Source: Propionibacteriaceae bacterium (GTDB lineage: Bacteria > Actinomycetota > Actinomycetes > Propionibacteriales > Propionibacteriaceae). From it: a stretch of 64,000 nt of DNA. Shown piece by piece: positions 38,319 to 48,758 of the stretch. Numbering within the stretch: position 1 is the stretch's first letter; every line of letters begins with the position of its first letter. Where the stretch lies: contig JAFKJK010000012.1 of the NCBI GenBank assembly GCA_017306015.1, positions 56,537-120,536 on the forward strand, written 5' to 3'. The translations under genes were made by a program, and so were the position numbers. The notes under the pieces are model-generated. The model ran no database searches. It had not been told where the DNA came from and worked only from the letters and a program-made list of their open reading frames with translations.

Positions 38319-40048
38319 CGGGACACTCCTTCATGGGCGCTGGCGGGGATGAGCCGGCGCGCCGGGACGCGGGCTGCGGTCGGCTCCAGGACGGGCTCGG
38401 CCGCGCGAGCGGGTTCAGGGACCGGGGTGGTCGAGACCACCGGGGCGAGTTCGGGCTGGTGGTGCGAGTCACGTCGGAACGCCTCGGCGAGGGCGACGGC
38501 CATGAACACGCCGAGCGCGGCGGTGTTGGTCAGGTTCCAGGCCGTTGCCAGGGAGAACTGGGAGTTGTTGAGGTCGCGCCAGATCGCCACCACCGAGGTC
38601 AGGGCGAGGAACACGAACAGGTAGACCTGTGGCCGGATGAACGTGAACGGCGACGACCGGCGTCCGCTCGCCCCGGTGACGTGCCAGGACTGCTCCCTGC
38701 CGCTGAACGCGTTCAGCAGCGCCTGGTGGTAGATCGGGAAGCTGGCGGTGGCCAGCAGCAGCACCTCCCAGCGGAACGAGCCCAGGGTGAAGCTGGCGAG
38801 CAAGATCTGCATCACGTAGAAGCCGCAGTAGAACAGCACCCACTGCCAGATGCTGGTGCCCAGGGTGACCGGGCGCAGGTCGAAGAAGATCTCCAGCGCC
38901 GGCACCATCAGCAACAGGCCCGGCGCGATGCCGGTCAGGTAGTGGGTGGACGTGACGAAGTACATCAGCCGCTGGTCGAGGGTGAGCTTGCGGCGCGGGC
39001 TCAGCGGGTTGTGGGTGAACAGGATCTCGAAGCCCCCGGTCGCCCAGCGCAACTGCTGCTTGGTGTAGGCCTCGATGGTGTCGGGCGCGTCGCCGGTCGC
39101 GAGCACGTCGGGGATGTAGACGCTGCGCCAGCCACGCTCGTGCAGCATCAGGGACGTCCAGACGTCCTCGGACGCCGAATCGGTGTAGAGCCCGCCGACG
39201 TCGTCGATGGCCGTCCGCCGGAAGACCACGTTCGTGCCGACGCAGAAGGCCGCGTTGAAGTGGTTTCGTCCAGGCTGGACGAAGCGGTAGAAGACGGTCT
39301 GCATGTAGCCGGCGCCGCGGGACACGAAGTTGCGCAGGTTGCCGTAGTGCTGCGGCGTCTGGACGAAGGCCACGTTGGCGTCGGTGAAGAACGGCATGGT
39401 CTCGATCAGGAACCGCTCGTCGGGGACGAAGTCGGCGTCGAAGATGCAGAAGTAGTCGGTCTTCACCTGGCTGAGGGCGTGGTTCACGTTGCCGGCCTTG
39501 GCGCCGCCGCTGGTCAGCCGGCGCAGGTAGCTCACCCCGATCCGGGCGGCCATCTCGCGCACCTCGTCGCTGCGGCCGTCGTCGAGGATGTAGGTCACGT
39601 GCCGGCCGATGATGGCCTTCGCGGCGCGCGCCGTCCGCTCGATCACCTCGACCGGCTCCCCATAGCAGGGCACCAGCACGGCCACGCTGACGTCGCGTCC
39701 GTCCAGCTGGACGGGGGTGTCCGGGCCGGGGACGGGGGTTCCGTCGAAGAGGTGGCGGCGGGTCTCGTAGTAGGCGTCGTCCCGGGGGCTGCGGGCGCCG
39801 GCGAGGATCGTCCACATCGCCAGCAGGGCGTGGACGACCAGGACGGTCTCGGCCGCGATCACGATCGCGTAGGGCAGGAAGTCGCCACGGTTGGCGGGGT
39901 TCAGCAGGAAGGCCGAGTAGGCCAGGATGCCGATGGTGGCGATCAGCGTGAGCAGGATCATCACCGGCGAGTAGGGGTTTCGGGTCTGTTGTCGTCTGGT
40001 CGCCTCGTCAGGGCCGGCGACCGCTTGGAGGTCGTGGGCTGCTGTCAT
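38315..40048 (-). CDS. Processive family-2 glycosyltransferase (cellulose/curdlan-synthase-like beta-glycan synthase)
   Basis: From ORF 38315..40258, trimmed to ATG 40048 (MTAAHDLQ...). Motifs: VLVPCYGEP, DADFVPD, QTPQHY, SEDVWTSLMLHERGW, QQLRWATGG. There are TM helices on both sides of the catalytic domain. I recognised no PilZ domain. Confidence 0.85.
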   Translation of the reverse strand: MTAAHDLQAVAGPDEATRRQQTRNPYSPVMILLTLIATIGILAYSAFLLNPANRGDFLPYAIVIAAETVLVVHALLAMWTILAGARSPRDDAYYETRRHLFDGTPVPGPDTPVQLDGRDVSVAVLVPCYGEPVEVIERTARAAKAIIGRHVTYILDDGRSDEVREMAARIGVSYLRRLTSGGAKAGNVNHALSQVKTDYFCIFDADFVPDERFLIETMPFFTDANVAFVQTPQHYGNLRNFVSRGAGYMQTVFYRFVQPGRNHFNAAFCVGTNVVFRRTAIDDVGGLYTDSASEDVWTSLMLHERGWRSVYIPDVLATGDAPDTIEAYTKQQLRWATGGFEILFTHNPLSPRRKLTLDQRLMYFVTSTHYLTGIAPGLLLMVPALEIFFDLRPVTLGTSIWQWVLFYCGFYVMQILLASFTLGSFRWEVLLLATASFPIYHQALLNAFSGREQSWHVTGASGRRSSPFTFIRPQVYLFVFLALTSVVAIWRDLNNSQFSLATAWNLTNTAALGVFMAVALAEAFRRDSHHQPELAPVVSTTPVPEPARAAEPVLEPTAARVPARRLIPASAHEGVSR

Positions 40049-40112
40049 GTCGTCCCAACTGGTCGGGGACACGCGAACACGCCGGGACGTGCCCGCGTCG
40101 TCGCTTGAGAAT

Positions 40113-40195
40113 GTGAAAAACAGAACAGCCGACTCAGATCGTGACGATCTGCGTCGGCTTCCCTGTCCGCCGCCATGGGGTTGACGGCTGTTCCA
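40113..40195 (-). promoter_or_regulatory. Candidate structured leader or attenuator upstream of the GT2 operon
   Basis: In the transcript sense, gaacagccg (40193-40185) pairs with cggctgttc (40131-40123). The pair encloses an inner hairpin agatcg-tca-cgatct (40150-40136) and is followed by uguuuuu, the only T/A-rich run nearby, ~65 nt before the ATG. Confidence 0.3.
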
Positions 40196-40339
40196 CGCTA
40201 ACGAAGATCGGCGGCCATCCCAAACGGGTGCGCAAGCCTGCGTAGGCGATTCACTCAATCGTTACACCAGCGCAGCGGAGCTGGTTCCTGCCACCCGGCA
40301 CCTCGCTCGGGCGGAGCGGGAGCGCGCCAAGCGACGGCT

Positions 40340-41215
40340 GTCGTCCAGGCGTGCGCCGGGACCTCCGCCGGACAGCGCCCCCTTCTCCGGGAAGAGATCC
40401 CGGGTCAAGCCCGGGACGACAAGCCCAGCCGGAGCCCAGCCGCCCGGCTGGGCCTCACCCCGCCCACACCCACCAGCCGCACCCGCCATCGCCGCGAAAG
40501 CCGGGACCTCCGCCGAACAGCGCCCCCGTTCTCCGGGAAGAGATCCCGGGTCAAGCCCGGGACGACAGACCAAGCGAGATCACACCCTGCCGGGCTCACG
40601 ACCCAGCCGCACCCACTCGTCATCCCGGCGAAAGCCGGGACCTCCACCGAACAGCCGTACTCACGGACGCGATCCCGGGTCAAGCCCGGGACGACAGAAC
40701 CCAGGCGAGAACACACACCCGGCCGGGTCCACGTCCCAGCCACGCCCACTCGTCATCCCGGCGAAAGCCGGGACCTCCGCCGGAAAGCAGCCGTACTCCC
40801 GAGACGCGATCCCGGGTCAAGCCCGGGATGACGACCTTTGCAGTTCGACCATGACCACTGCGACCGCGTCCCTGTCATCCCGCCGAACGCCGGGACCTCC
40901 GCCGAACAGCGCCCCCTTCTCCGGGAAGAGATCCCGGGTCAAGCCCGGCACGACAGGAACCAGGCGAGAACACCCGGCCGGGTCCACGTCCCAGCCGCAC
41001 CCACTCGTCATCCCGGCGAAAGCCGGGACCTCCGCCGGAAAGCAGCCGTACTCCCGAGACGCGATCCCGGGCCAAGCCCGACGACGACCTCTGCAGTTCG
41101 ACCACGACCACGGCGACCGCGTCCCCGTCATCCCGGCGCACGCCGGGACCTCCGCCTAACAGCACCCCGTTCTCCGAGACGAGATCCCGGGTCAAGCCCG
41201 GGACTACCCACCCCG
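40340..41215. repeat. ~875-bp intergenic array of seven composite family-2 units (120-137 bp each)
   Basis: H2 (cgtcatcccggcgaaagccgggacctccgcc) occurs near 40350, 40487, 40619, 40752, 40875, 41007 and 41127. H1 (gatcccgggtcaagcccgggacgac) occurs near 40396, 40542, 40671, 40809, 40930, 41063 and 41183. The inter-hairpin segments are also related, with a ~256-bp higher-order repeat. Confidence 0.9.
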
Positions 41216-41229
41216 GGCCTCGGGACGGC

Positions 41230-42522
<1,293 letters not shown>

Positions 42523-42681
42523 TTAGCACTGGACAAGCCCGCGGCAATGCCGGCGGGCTCTTGCTCGCTGATTCTACCGGAGTGCGTTCCCGCCCGCTGG
42601 CCGAGCAGCGACCGCCCCGTCCGTCCCGTCCCCGCGCGCAGCACCGCCGCCGTCCGGCCGTCCGGCCGTCCTCTTCAGAAA

Positions 42682-42741
42682 CGCTCCCGAACGGGACGTT
42701 CGCTCCCGAACGTTCGGGAGCGAACGTCCCGTTCGGGAGCG
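42682..42741. repeat. 60-bp perfect palindrome, family 3, in the divergent purA / GH94 intergenic region
   Basis: cgctcccgaacgggacgttcgctcccgaa-cg-ttcgggagcgaacgtcccgttcgggagcg. It differs from the 32105 copy at two arm positions, and both differences are mirrored in the opposite arm. Confidence 0.9.
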
Positions 42742-42802
42742 AACTCGGAGAGCGCTACGATGAGAGCGCTTGCAGGCCCAGTACCTCACCGGGGAGGAAT
42801 CG

Positions 42803-45277
42803 ATGCAGTTCGGGCATTTTGACGACGCGGCACGCGAATACGTCATCACCACGCCACGCACTCCGTATCCGTGGATCAACTACCTCGGCAGTGAGAAGTT
42901 CTTCTCGCTCCGGTCCCAGCTCGGCGGCGGCTACTCGTTCTATCTCGATGCCCGGATGCGTCGGCTCACCCGCTACCGCTACAACAATGTCCCCACCGAC
43001 GCCGGCGGCCACTACCTCTATGTCAACGACGGCGGGGACGTCTGGTCGCCCACCTGGATGCCGGTGCAGGCTGACCTGGACTACTTCGAGGCCCGGCACG
43101 GCCTCGGCTACACCACGATCACCGGCGAGCGCGGCGGCGTCCGGGTGCAGACGACGTCCCTCGTCCCGATCGGGGAGAACGCCGAGGTTCAGAAGGTCAC
43201 GGTCACCAACAAATCGGACGCTGACAAGCGGGTGAGCCTGTTCTCCTTCGTCGAATTCGCCCTGTGGAATGCCTACGACGACCAGACCAACTACCAGCGG
43301 AACCTGTCCATCGGCGAGGTCGAGATCGAGCCGTCCACCCCGTCCGGCGGCTCGGCGATCTACCACCGCACCGAGTACCGCGAGCGCCGCAACCACTACG
43401 CCGTCTTCGGCGTGAACGTGCCGGCAGCCGGCTTCGACACCGACCGGGACACCTTCCTCGGCGGACCGTACGCGAGCTTCGCCGACCCGGCGGTGGTCCG
43501 TGCGGGACGCGCCGGCAACTCGGTCGCGTCCGGCTGGTACCCGATCGGCTCGCACCAGGTCGACCTCGACCTGGCGCCGGGCGAGTCCCGCGAGCTCGTC
43601 CTCGTCCTGGGCTACGAGGAGAACCCCGAGGACGCCAAGTGGGCGGACGACGCCCACCAGATCATCGTCAAGGACGGCGCTCATGCGCTGCTCGCGCGAT
43701 TCGCGACCGGATCGGCCGTGGACGCGGCGCTGGCCGAACTGGCGGCGTACTGGAACGACCTGCTGTCGACCTACACCGTGGAGTCCACCGACGAACGACT
43801 CGACCGGATGGTCAACACCTGGAACCAGTACCAGTGCATGGTCACGTTCAACATGTCCCGGTCGGCGTCCTACTTCGAGACCGGAATCGGCCGCGGGATG
43901 GGCTTCCGCGACTCCAACCAGGACCTGCTCGGCTTCGTCCACCTGGTGCCGGAGCGGGCGCGCGAGCGGATCATCGACATCGCGTCCACTCAGTTCGCGG
44001 ACGGCAGCGCCTACCACCAGTACCAGCCGCTGACCAAGCGCGGGAACAACGACATCGGCTCCGGCTTCAACGACGATCCGCTGTGGCTGGTCGCCGGCGT
44101 CGCGGCCTACCTGAAGGAGACCGGGGACGACTCGATCCTCGACGCCCCCGTCCCGTTCGACAACGAGCCGGGGACGGAGGTGCCCTTGTGGGAGCACCTC
44201 GTCCGCTCGTTCGAGTTCGTGCTCAGCCACCTCGGCCCGCACGGCCTGCCCCTGATCGGACGCGCCGACTGGAACGACTGCCTCAACCTGAACTGCTTCT
44301 CGGCCACCCCGGGGGAGCCGTTCCAGACGACCGAGAACAAGGCTGGAGGGGTCGCCGAATCGGTGTTCATCGCGGCCCAGTTCGTGCTCTACGGAGGCGA
44401 GTACGCGACGATCGCGCGGCGCCGGGGCCTGGCGGACGTCGCCGAGCGCGCCGAGGCCGAGGTGGAGAAGATGCGCGCCGTCATGCTGGAACACGCCTGG
44501 GACGGCGAGTGGTTCCTGCGCGCGTACGACTACTTCGGCGAGCCGGTCGGCACGGGGGCGGACACCGAGGGACGGATCTGGATCGAGCCGCAGGGCTTCG
44601 CGGTGATGGCGGGGGTCGGAGTGGGCTCAGGCCCCGACGACACGGCAGCGCCGGCGGTACGCGCGCTGGACTCGGTCGGCGACCTGCTCGGCTGCGAGCA
44701 CGGCCTGGTGCTGCAGTACCCGGCGTACACCACGTACCGGATCGAGCTGGGCGAGGTGTCCACCTATCCGCCGGGCTACAAGGAGAACGGCGGCATCTTC
44801 TGCCACAACAACCCGTGGGTGATCATCGCCGAGACCGTCGTCGGACGCGGCGAGCGCGCCTTCGACTACTACCGCCGGATCACGCCGTCGTACCGGGAGG
44901 AGATCAGCGACGTCCACAAGCTCGAGCCCTACGTCTACGCGCAGATGATCGCCGGCAAGCAGGCTTCCCGGATGGGCGAGGCGAAGAACTCCTGGCTCAC
45001 CGGGACGGCTGCGTGGACGTTCGTCGCCGCATCGGCGTATCTGCTGGGGGTCCGTCCCGACTTCGACGGTCTCGTGGTCGACCCGCAATTGGGTCCCGAC
45101 GTGCCGTCCTTCACCGTCACCCGCAAGGTGCGCGGCGCCACCTACCGGATCGAGGTCACCAACTCCGGCGTCCCAGGTTCGCGGGCCCGGCTGGAGGTCG
45201 ACGGGAGGCCGATAGACGGCAACCGGGTTCCGTACGCGCCAGCCGGGTCGGTAGTGCGGGTGCGCGCGACGCTGTAG
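42803..45277 (+). CDS. GH94 cellobiose phosphorylase
   Basis: From ORF 42770..45277, with ATG 42803 preceded by ggggagga. The N-terminus [31 protein letters not shown]...[19 protein letters not shown] closely resembles known cellobiose phosphorylases as I recall them; ~824 aa. Confidence 0.88.
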   Translation: MQFGHFDDAAREYVITTPRTPYPWINYLGSEKFFSLRSQLGGGYSFYLDARMRRLTRYRYNNVPTDAGGHYLYVNDGGDVWSPTWMPVQADLDYFEARHGLGYTTITGERGGVRVQTTSLVPIGENAEVQKVTVTNKSDADKRVSLFSFVEFALWNAYDDQTNYQRNLSIGEVEIEPSTPSGGSAIYHRTEYRERRNHYAVFGVNVPAAGFDTDRDTFLGGPYASFADPAVVRAGRAGNSVASGWYPIGSHQVDLDLAPGESRELVLVLGYEENPEDAKWADDAHQIIVKDGAHALLARFATGSAVDAALAELAAYWNDLLSTYTVESTDERLDRMVNTWNQYQCMVTFNMSRSASYFETGIGRGMGFRDSNQDLLGFVHLVPERARERIIDIASTQFADGSAYHQYQPLTKRGNNDIGSGFNDDPLWLVAGVAAYLKETGDDSILDAPVPFDNEPGTEVPLWEHLVRSFEFVLSHLGPHGLPLIGRADWNDCLNLNCFSATPGEPFQTTENKAGGVAESVFIAAQFVLYGGEYATIARRRGLADVAERAEAEVEKMRAVMLEHAWDGEWFLRAYDYFGEPVGTGADTEGRIWIEPQGFAVMAGVGVGSGPDDTAAPAVRALDSVGDLLGCEHGLVLQYPAYTTYRIELGEVSTYPPGYKENGGIFCHNNPWVIIAETVVGRGERAFDYYRRITPSYREEISDVHKLEPYVYAQMIAGKQASRMGEAKNSWLTGTAAWTFVAASAYLLGVRPDFDGLVVDPQLGPDVPSFTVTRKVRGATYRIEVTNSGVPGSRARLEVDGRPIDGNRVPYAPAGSVVRVRATL

Positions 45278-45416
45278 GTCACTAGCGACCGAATTCGCCC
45301 ACCCGATGCCTGGCGTGGGCCGATTCCGCGCCCGGTCGTCATCCACGGGCAAATCCGGTCGGCCGGTACCTGTGGATGATGACCCGATCGGGCCGCGGAT
45401 GCCGATTAGTACGGGC

Positions 45417-46258
45417 ATGCATCCACACATTGAGGCGATCCTGACGACCACCGGTGTCGTCAGGTCCTCCGATCATCCCCACCTCGTCTCCGCACTGGCC
45501 AGGGCCAAGCGCTCGGGCGAGATCGTGAATCCGCTACCGGGCATCTTCCTCCCTGCGAAGGAACGGACCCGCGACCAGTGGCTCCAGGCTGTGTCGGCCT
45601 GGGCCGCTCCGCTCGGAGTGATCCATGAGTGTCCGCGGCAGCGCTCTGGCTCCCCAGCGCGGCGCCTGCTGTGGTGCACCTGGCTCATCCAACCCTTCGT
45701 CCGCGCCCCGGAGTGACGGTGACACGTCGACTCATCCCGCCCGAGTTCGTGAACGTGATCTCCGGCGCCCGCTTCGCGAGCCCGGCCTTCGCGTCCGTCG
45801 AACTGGCTGCGGAGGACGAAGGACGGGCCATCTGCGAAGCCCTCAGACTCCGTCTGGTCACCGTCGCCGAGTTGCCCGAGGTCCTTGGCGCTCTCGAGGG
45901 AAGCCGCGGCCAGGCGGCACGTCGAGACGCGGTCTCAGCCGCGCTGACGAACCCGTGGTCGTACGGGGAGCTTCGTCTGCAGCGCATTCTGCTCGGGGCC
46001 GGCATCTCCGACTGGGTAGCGAACCGGCCCATTCGTGTCGCGGACGGCCTGCTGTTCCCCGATGTGCGCTTCCGCCGGGCGAAGCTGATCGTCGAGTTCG
46101 ACGGCCGATCCACTCACGAGGGGATGTTCCTGGCGGATCGTGAGCGGTTGAACAAGCTCGGAGCTGCCGGCTATCGCGTCCTGCGCTTCGGATGGGAGCA
46201 CCTCGACCAGCCGGACTACATCGTCGCGACTGTGAGGGCGGCCTTGCGGGCGACTTGA
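45417..46258 (+). pseudogene. DUF559/Vsr-like endonuclease-domain protein, frameshifted near 45625-45632
   Basis: The N-terminal part (MHPHIEAILTTTGVVRS...APLGVIHE) is in frame 0. It continues (SAAALWLPSAAPAVVHLAHP...VEFDGRSTHEGMFLADRERLNKLGAAGYRVLRFGWEHL) in another frame, consistent with a 1-nt deletion. Confidence 0.6.
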
Positions 46259-46382
46259 TTTGCACTGTCGATGGTGCTGGGCGTCGCTTCAGGCTCGTCG
46301 CGGCGATCGAGTGTGCAGATCCGGTCGCTCCACACAGGAGGGCCCGGGGCGTTCGCCCCGGGCCCTGAGAGAGCTGCTGCGG

Positions 46383-47405
46383 TCAGCCGATGGTCTTGCC
46401 AGCGCTGCGGAGGCGCTCGCAGGCCTCGACCACGCGGGCGGACAGGCCGGCCTCGGCGACCTTGCCCCAGGCGCGGGGGTCGTACTGCTTCTTGTTGCCG
46501 ACCTCACCGTCGATCTTGAGGACGCCGTCGTAGTTCTTCAGCATGTAGTCCACGACCGGACGGGTGAAGGCGTACTGGGTGTCGGTATCGATGTTCATCT
46601 TGACCACGCCGTAGTCGACGGCGTCGGAGATCTCCTGCGCGGTCGAGCCGGAGCCACCGTGGAAGACCAGGTCGAACGGCTTCTCCCGACCGTACTTCGC
46701 GCCAACGGCGTCCTGGATCTCCTTCAGCACCTCCGGACGCAGCTTCACCGCGCCCGGCTTGTACACGCCGTGCACGTTGCCGAAGGTGAGCGCCGTGATG
46801 TAGCGGCCCTTCTCGCCCAGACCGAGCACCTCGATGGTGCGCAGGCCGTCAGCGACGGTGGTGTACAGCTTCTCGTTGATCTCGGCCTTGACGCCGTCCT
46901 CCTCGCCGCCGACGACGCCGACCTCGATCTCGAGGATCTGGTGCGCCTTGCTGGTGAGGGCGAGCAGCTCGTCGGCGATGGTGAGGTTCTCCTCCATCGG
47001 CACGGCCGAGCCGTCCCACATGTGCGAGCCGAACAGCGGCTCGAGGCCACGGTCGACGCGCTCCTGCGAGATCGCGATCAGCGGCTTCACCCAGGTGTCG
47101 ATCTTGTCCTTCTGGCAGTGGTCGGTGTGCACCGCGATGTTGATCGGGTAGTTCTTCGCGACCACATGGGCGTACTCGGCCAAGGCGACCGAGCCGGCGA
47201 CCTTGTCCTTGATGGAGGGGCCGGACGCGTACTCCGCGCCGCCGCTGCTGATCTGGATGATGCCGTCCGAGCCTGCTTCGGCGAACCCGGCCAGAGCGGC
47301 GTTCAGGGTCTGCGACGAGGTGATGTTGATGGCCGGGAAGGCATACGAGCCCGCCTTCGCAGCGTCGATCATCTGCGCGTACTTCTCAGGGTTTGCAGTG
47401 GGCAT
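46383..47405 (-). CDS. fbaA: Class II fructose-1,6-bisphosphate aldolase
   Basis: Start trimmed to ATG 47405 (MPTANPEKYAQMIDAAKAGSYAFPAINITSSQTLNAAL...). Typical actinobacterial class II FBA; HTDHC metal site present. Confidence 0.93.
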   Translation of the reverse strand: MPTANPEKYAQMIDAAKAGSYAFPAINITSSQTLNAALAGFAEAGSDGIIQISSGGAEYASGPSIKDKVAGSVALAEYAHVVAKNYPINIAVHTDHCQKDKIDTWVKPLIAISQERVDRGLEPLFGSHMWDGSAVPMEENLTIADELLALTSKAHQILEIEVGVVGGEEDGVKAEINEKLYTTVADGLRTIEVLGLGEKGRYITALTFGNVHGVYKPGAVKLRPEVLKEIQDAVGAKYGREKPFDLVFHGGSGSTAQEISDAVDYGVVKMNIDTDTQYAFTRPVVDYMLKNYDGVLKIDGEVGNKKQYDPRAWGKVAEAGLSARVVEACERLRSAGKTIG

Positions 47406-47547
47406 TCGGTGGCCTCTCCTCGGTATTGCTGCACCCGCCACGGCGCGGACGCGAAGTGTGAACGCCTCTAGTCTGTCAAACCCCGGCTCGCGCCGTCACC
47501 CGGGTCCCGTTGCTGGACCCGGGCGTCCCAGCCAACGGACGGACCTG

Positions 47548-48063
47548 CTAGTCGAGGCGCGACAGGTCCACCGAAGCCCGGCCGCCGGAGAGCACCCTCA
47601 CCACGGAATCCAGGGTGGCCGGCATCGCGTCGGTGAGGTCGAGCGGGACGGTGGTGCTGGCGTGGTCGCGTCCGGTGGTGACCAGGCGTGCGGACGAGCC
47701 GAAGCTGCCCGGCTTGACGAGCATCGAGCCGACCTCGGGCCAGGGCAGCCAGCGGTCGCCGATCAGGACGCCCTCCCGGTTCAGGCCCAGCGCCAGGCCG
47801 GCGCGGACGGCACCGACGTCGTTCTGGATGCGGATCCAGCGGACGGCGTCCAGCAGCGCCATCGTGCCGCCGGTGAGCAGTGAGACTCCGATGAACCACG
47901 GTGCCCAGTCGGCGAAGGTGGCCGGCCAGATCGCCCACAGAATGCCGAAGACGCCCAGCGAGATCGCTGTCGACGCCAGCCGGAACCAGAAGGCCCGCCG
48001 GGCCCGGCCGACGACGGCATCAGCCACGTCGGGCCGGTAGTAGATGCCACACTCGTCGCCCAC
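47548..48063 (-). CDS. Hypothetical membrane protein (two TM helices plus a small C-terminal domain)
   Basis: 171-aa ORF with two TM helices (FWFRLASTAISLGVFGILWAIW, APWFIGVSLLTGGTMALL). I recognised no family. Confidence 0.5.
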   Translation of the reverse strand: MGDECGIYYRPDVADAVVGRARRAFWFRLASTAISLGVFGILWAIWPATFADWAPWFIGVSLLTGGTMALLDAVRWIRIQNDVGAVRAGLALGLNREGVLIGDRWLPWPEVGSMLVKPGSFGSSARLVTTGRDHASTTVPLDLTDAMPATLDSVVRVLSGGRASVDLSRLD

Positions 48064-48085
48064 GCAGGCAAGTGTAGGCAGCCGG

Positions 48086-48718
48086 CTACCGCGCCCAGCG
48101 CAGGGCCCAGTGGTACATCGCGATCGCGGCGGCGGCGCCGGCGTTCAGCGAGCGGGTCGAGCCGTACTGGGTGATCGCCACCAGGCGTTCGCAGCCGGCG
48201 ACCAGTTCGTCGGTGAGCCCGGGGCCCTCCGAGCCGAAGACCAGGCAGCAGCGCTCCGGCAGCTCGGTGGTCTCCAGCGGCACCGAGCCGGGAAGGTTGT
48301 CGACCCCGACCGGAACGACCCCGCGCTCGGCCAGCTCCGCCAGGAAGCCCGGGACGTCGGCGTGGTGCTCCACGTGCAGGTAGCGGTCGGTGACCATGGC
48401 ACCGCGGCGGTTCCAGCGGCGGCGGCCCAGGATGTGCACGGTCTCGACGTTGAACGCGTTGGCGGTGCGGACGATGGAGCCGATGTTGAAGTCGTGTTCC
48501 CAGTTCTGGATCGCCACGTGGAGAGGAGAGCGTCGGGCGTCCAGGTCGGCGACGATCGCGTCCATGCTCCAGTACCGGTAACGGTCGGCGACGTTGCGCC
48601 GGTCGCCGTCGGCGAGCAGGACGGGGTCATAGCGCGCGTCGTCCGGCCACGGCTGCGGATGCGGACCCACACCGGGGGCGCTGGCGGCGACCAGTTCGTC
48701 CTCGCTCAGGGTGCTCAC
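48086..48718 (-). CDS. SpoU/TrmH-family RNA 2'-O-methyltransferase
   Basis: From ORF 48086..49021, trimmed to GTG 48718. SPOUT motifs NIGSIVRTANAF, LVFGSEGPGL and TRSLNAGAAAAIAMY. Confidence 0.8.
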   Translation of the reverse strand: MSTLSEDELVAASAPGVGPHPQPWPDDARYDPVLLADGDRRNVADRYRYWSMDAIVADLDARRSPLHVAIQNWEHDFNIGSIVRTANAFNVETVHILGRRRWNRRGAMVTDRYLHVEHHADVPGFLAELAERGVVPVGVDNLPGSVPLETTELPERCCLVFGSEGPGLTDELVAGCERLVAITQYGSTRSLNAGAAAAIAMYHWALRWAR

Positions 48719-48758
48719 GCCGGTCAGGGTAGCCTTCCGTGTTGTGAACCTGCTTCCG

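Noticed and set aside
40049-40262. c-di-GMP riboswitch in the GT2 operon leader (ACAGGGAAGCCGACGCAGA resembles part of GEMM-I)
   Set aside because: Only a short fragment is similar, and the two-hairpin GEMM architecture with tetraloop/receptor is not evident. I retained only a generic candidate structured leader.
40340-41215. The 875-bp periodic array as a CRISPR array or as small protein-coding ORFs (e.g. 40351..40854, 40817..41131, 40838..41329)
   Set aside because: Two different hairpins alternate, the intervening segments are themselves repeated, and the period (~130 bp) is wrong for CRISPR. The ORFs run on both strands through the same repeats and translate only into low-complexity repeat peptides.
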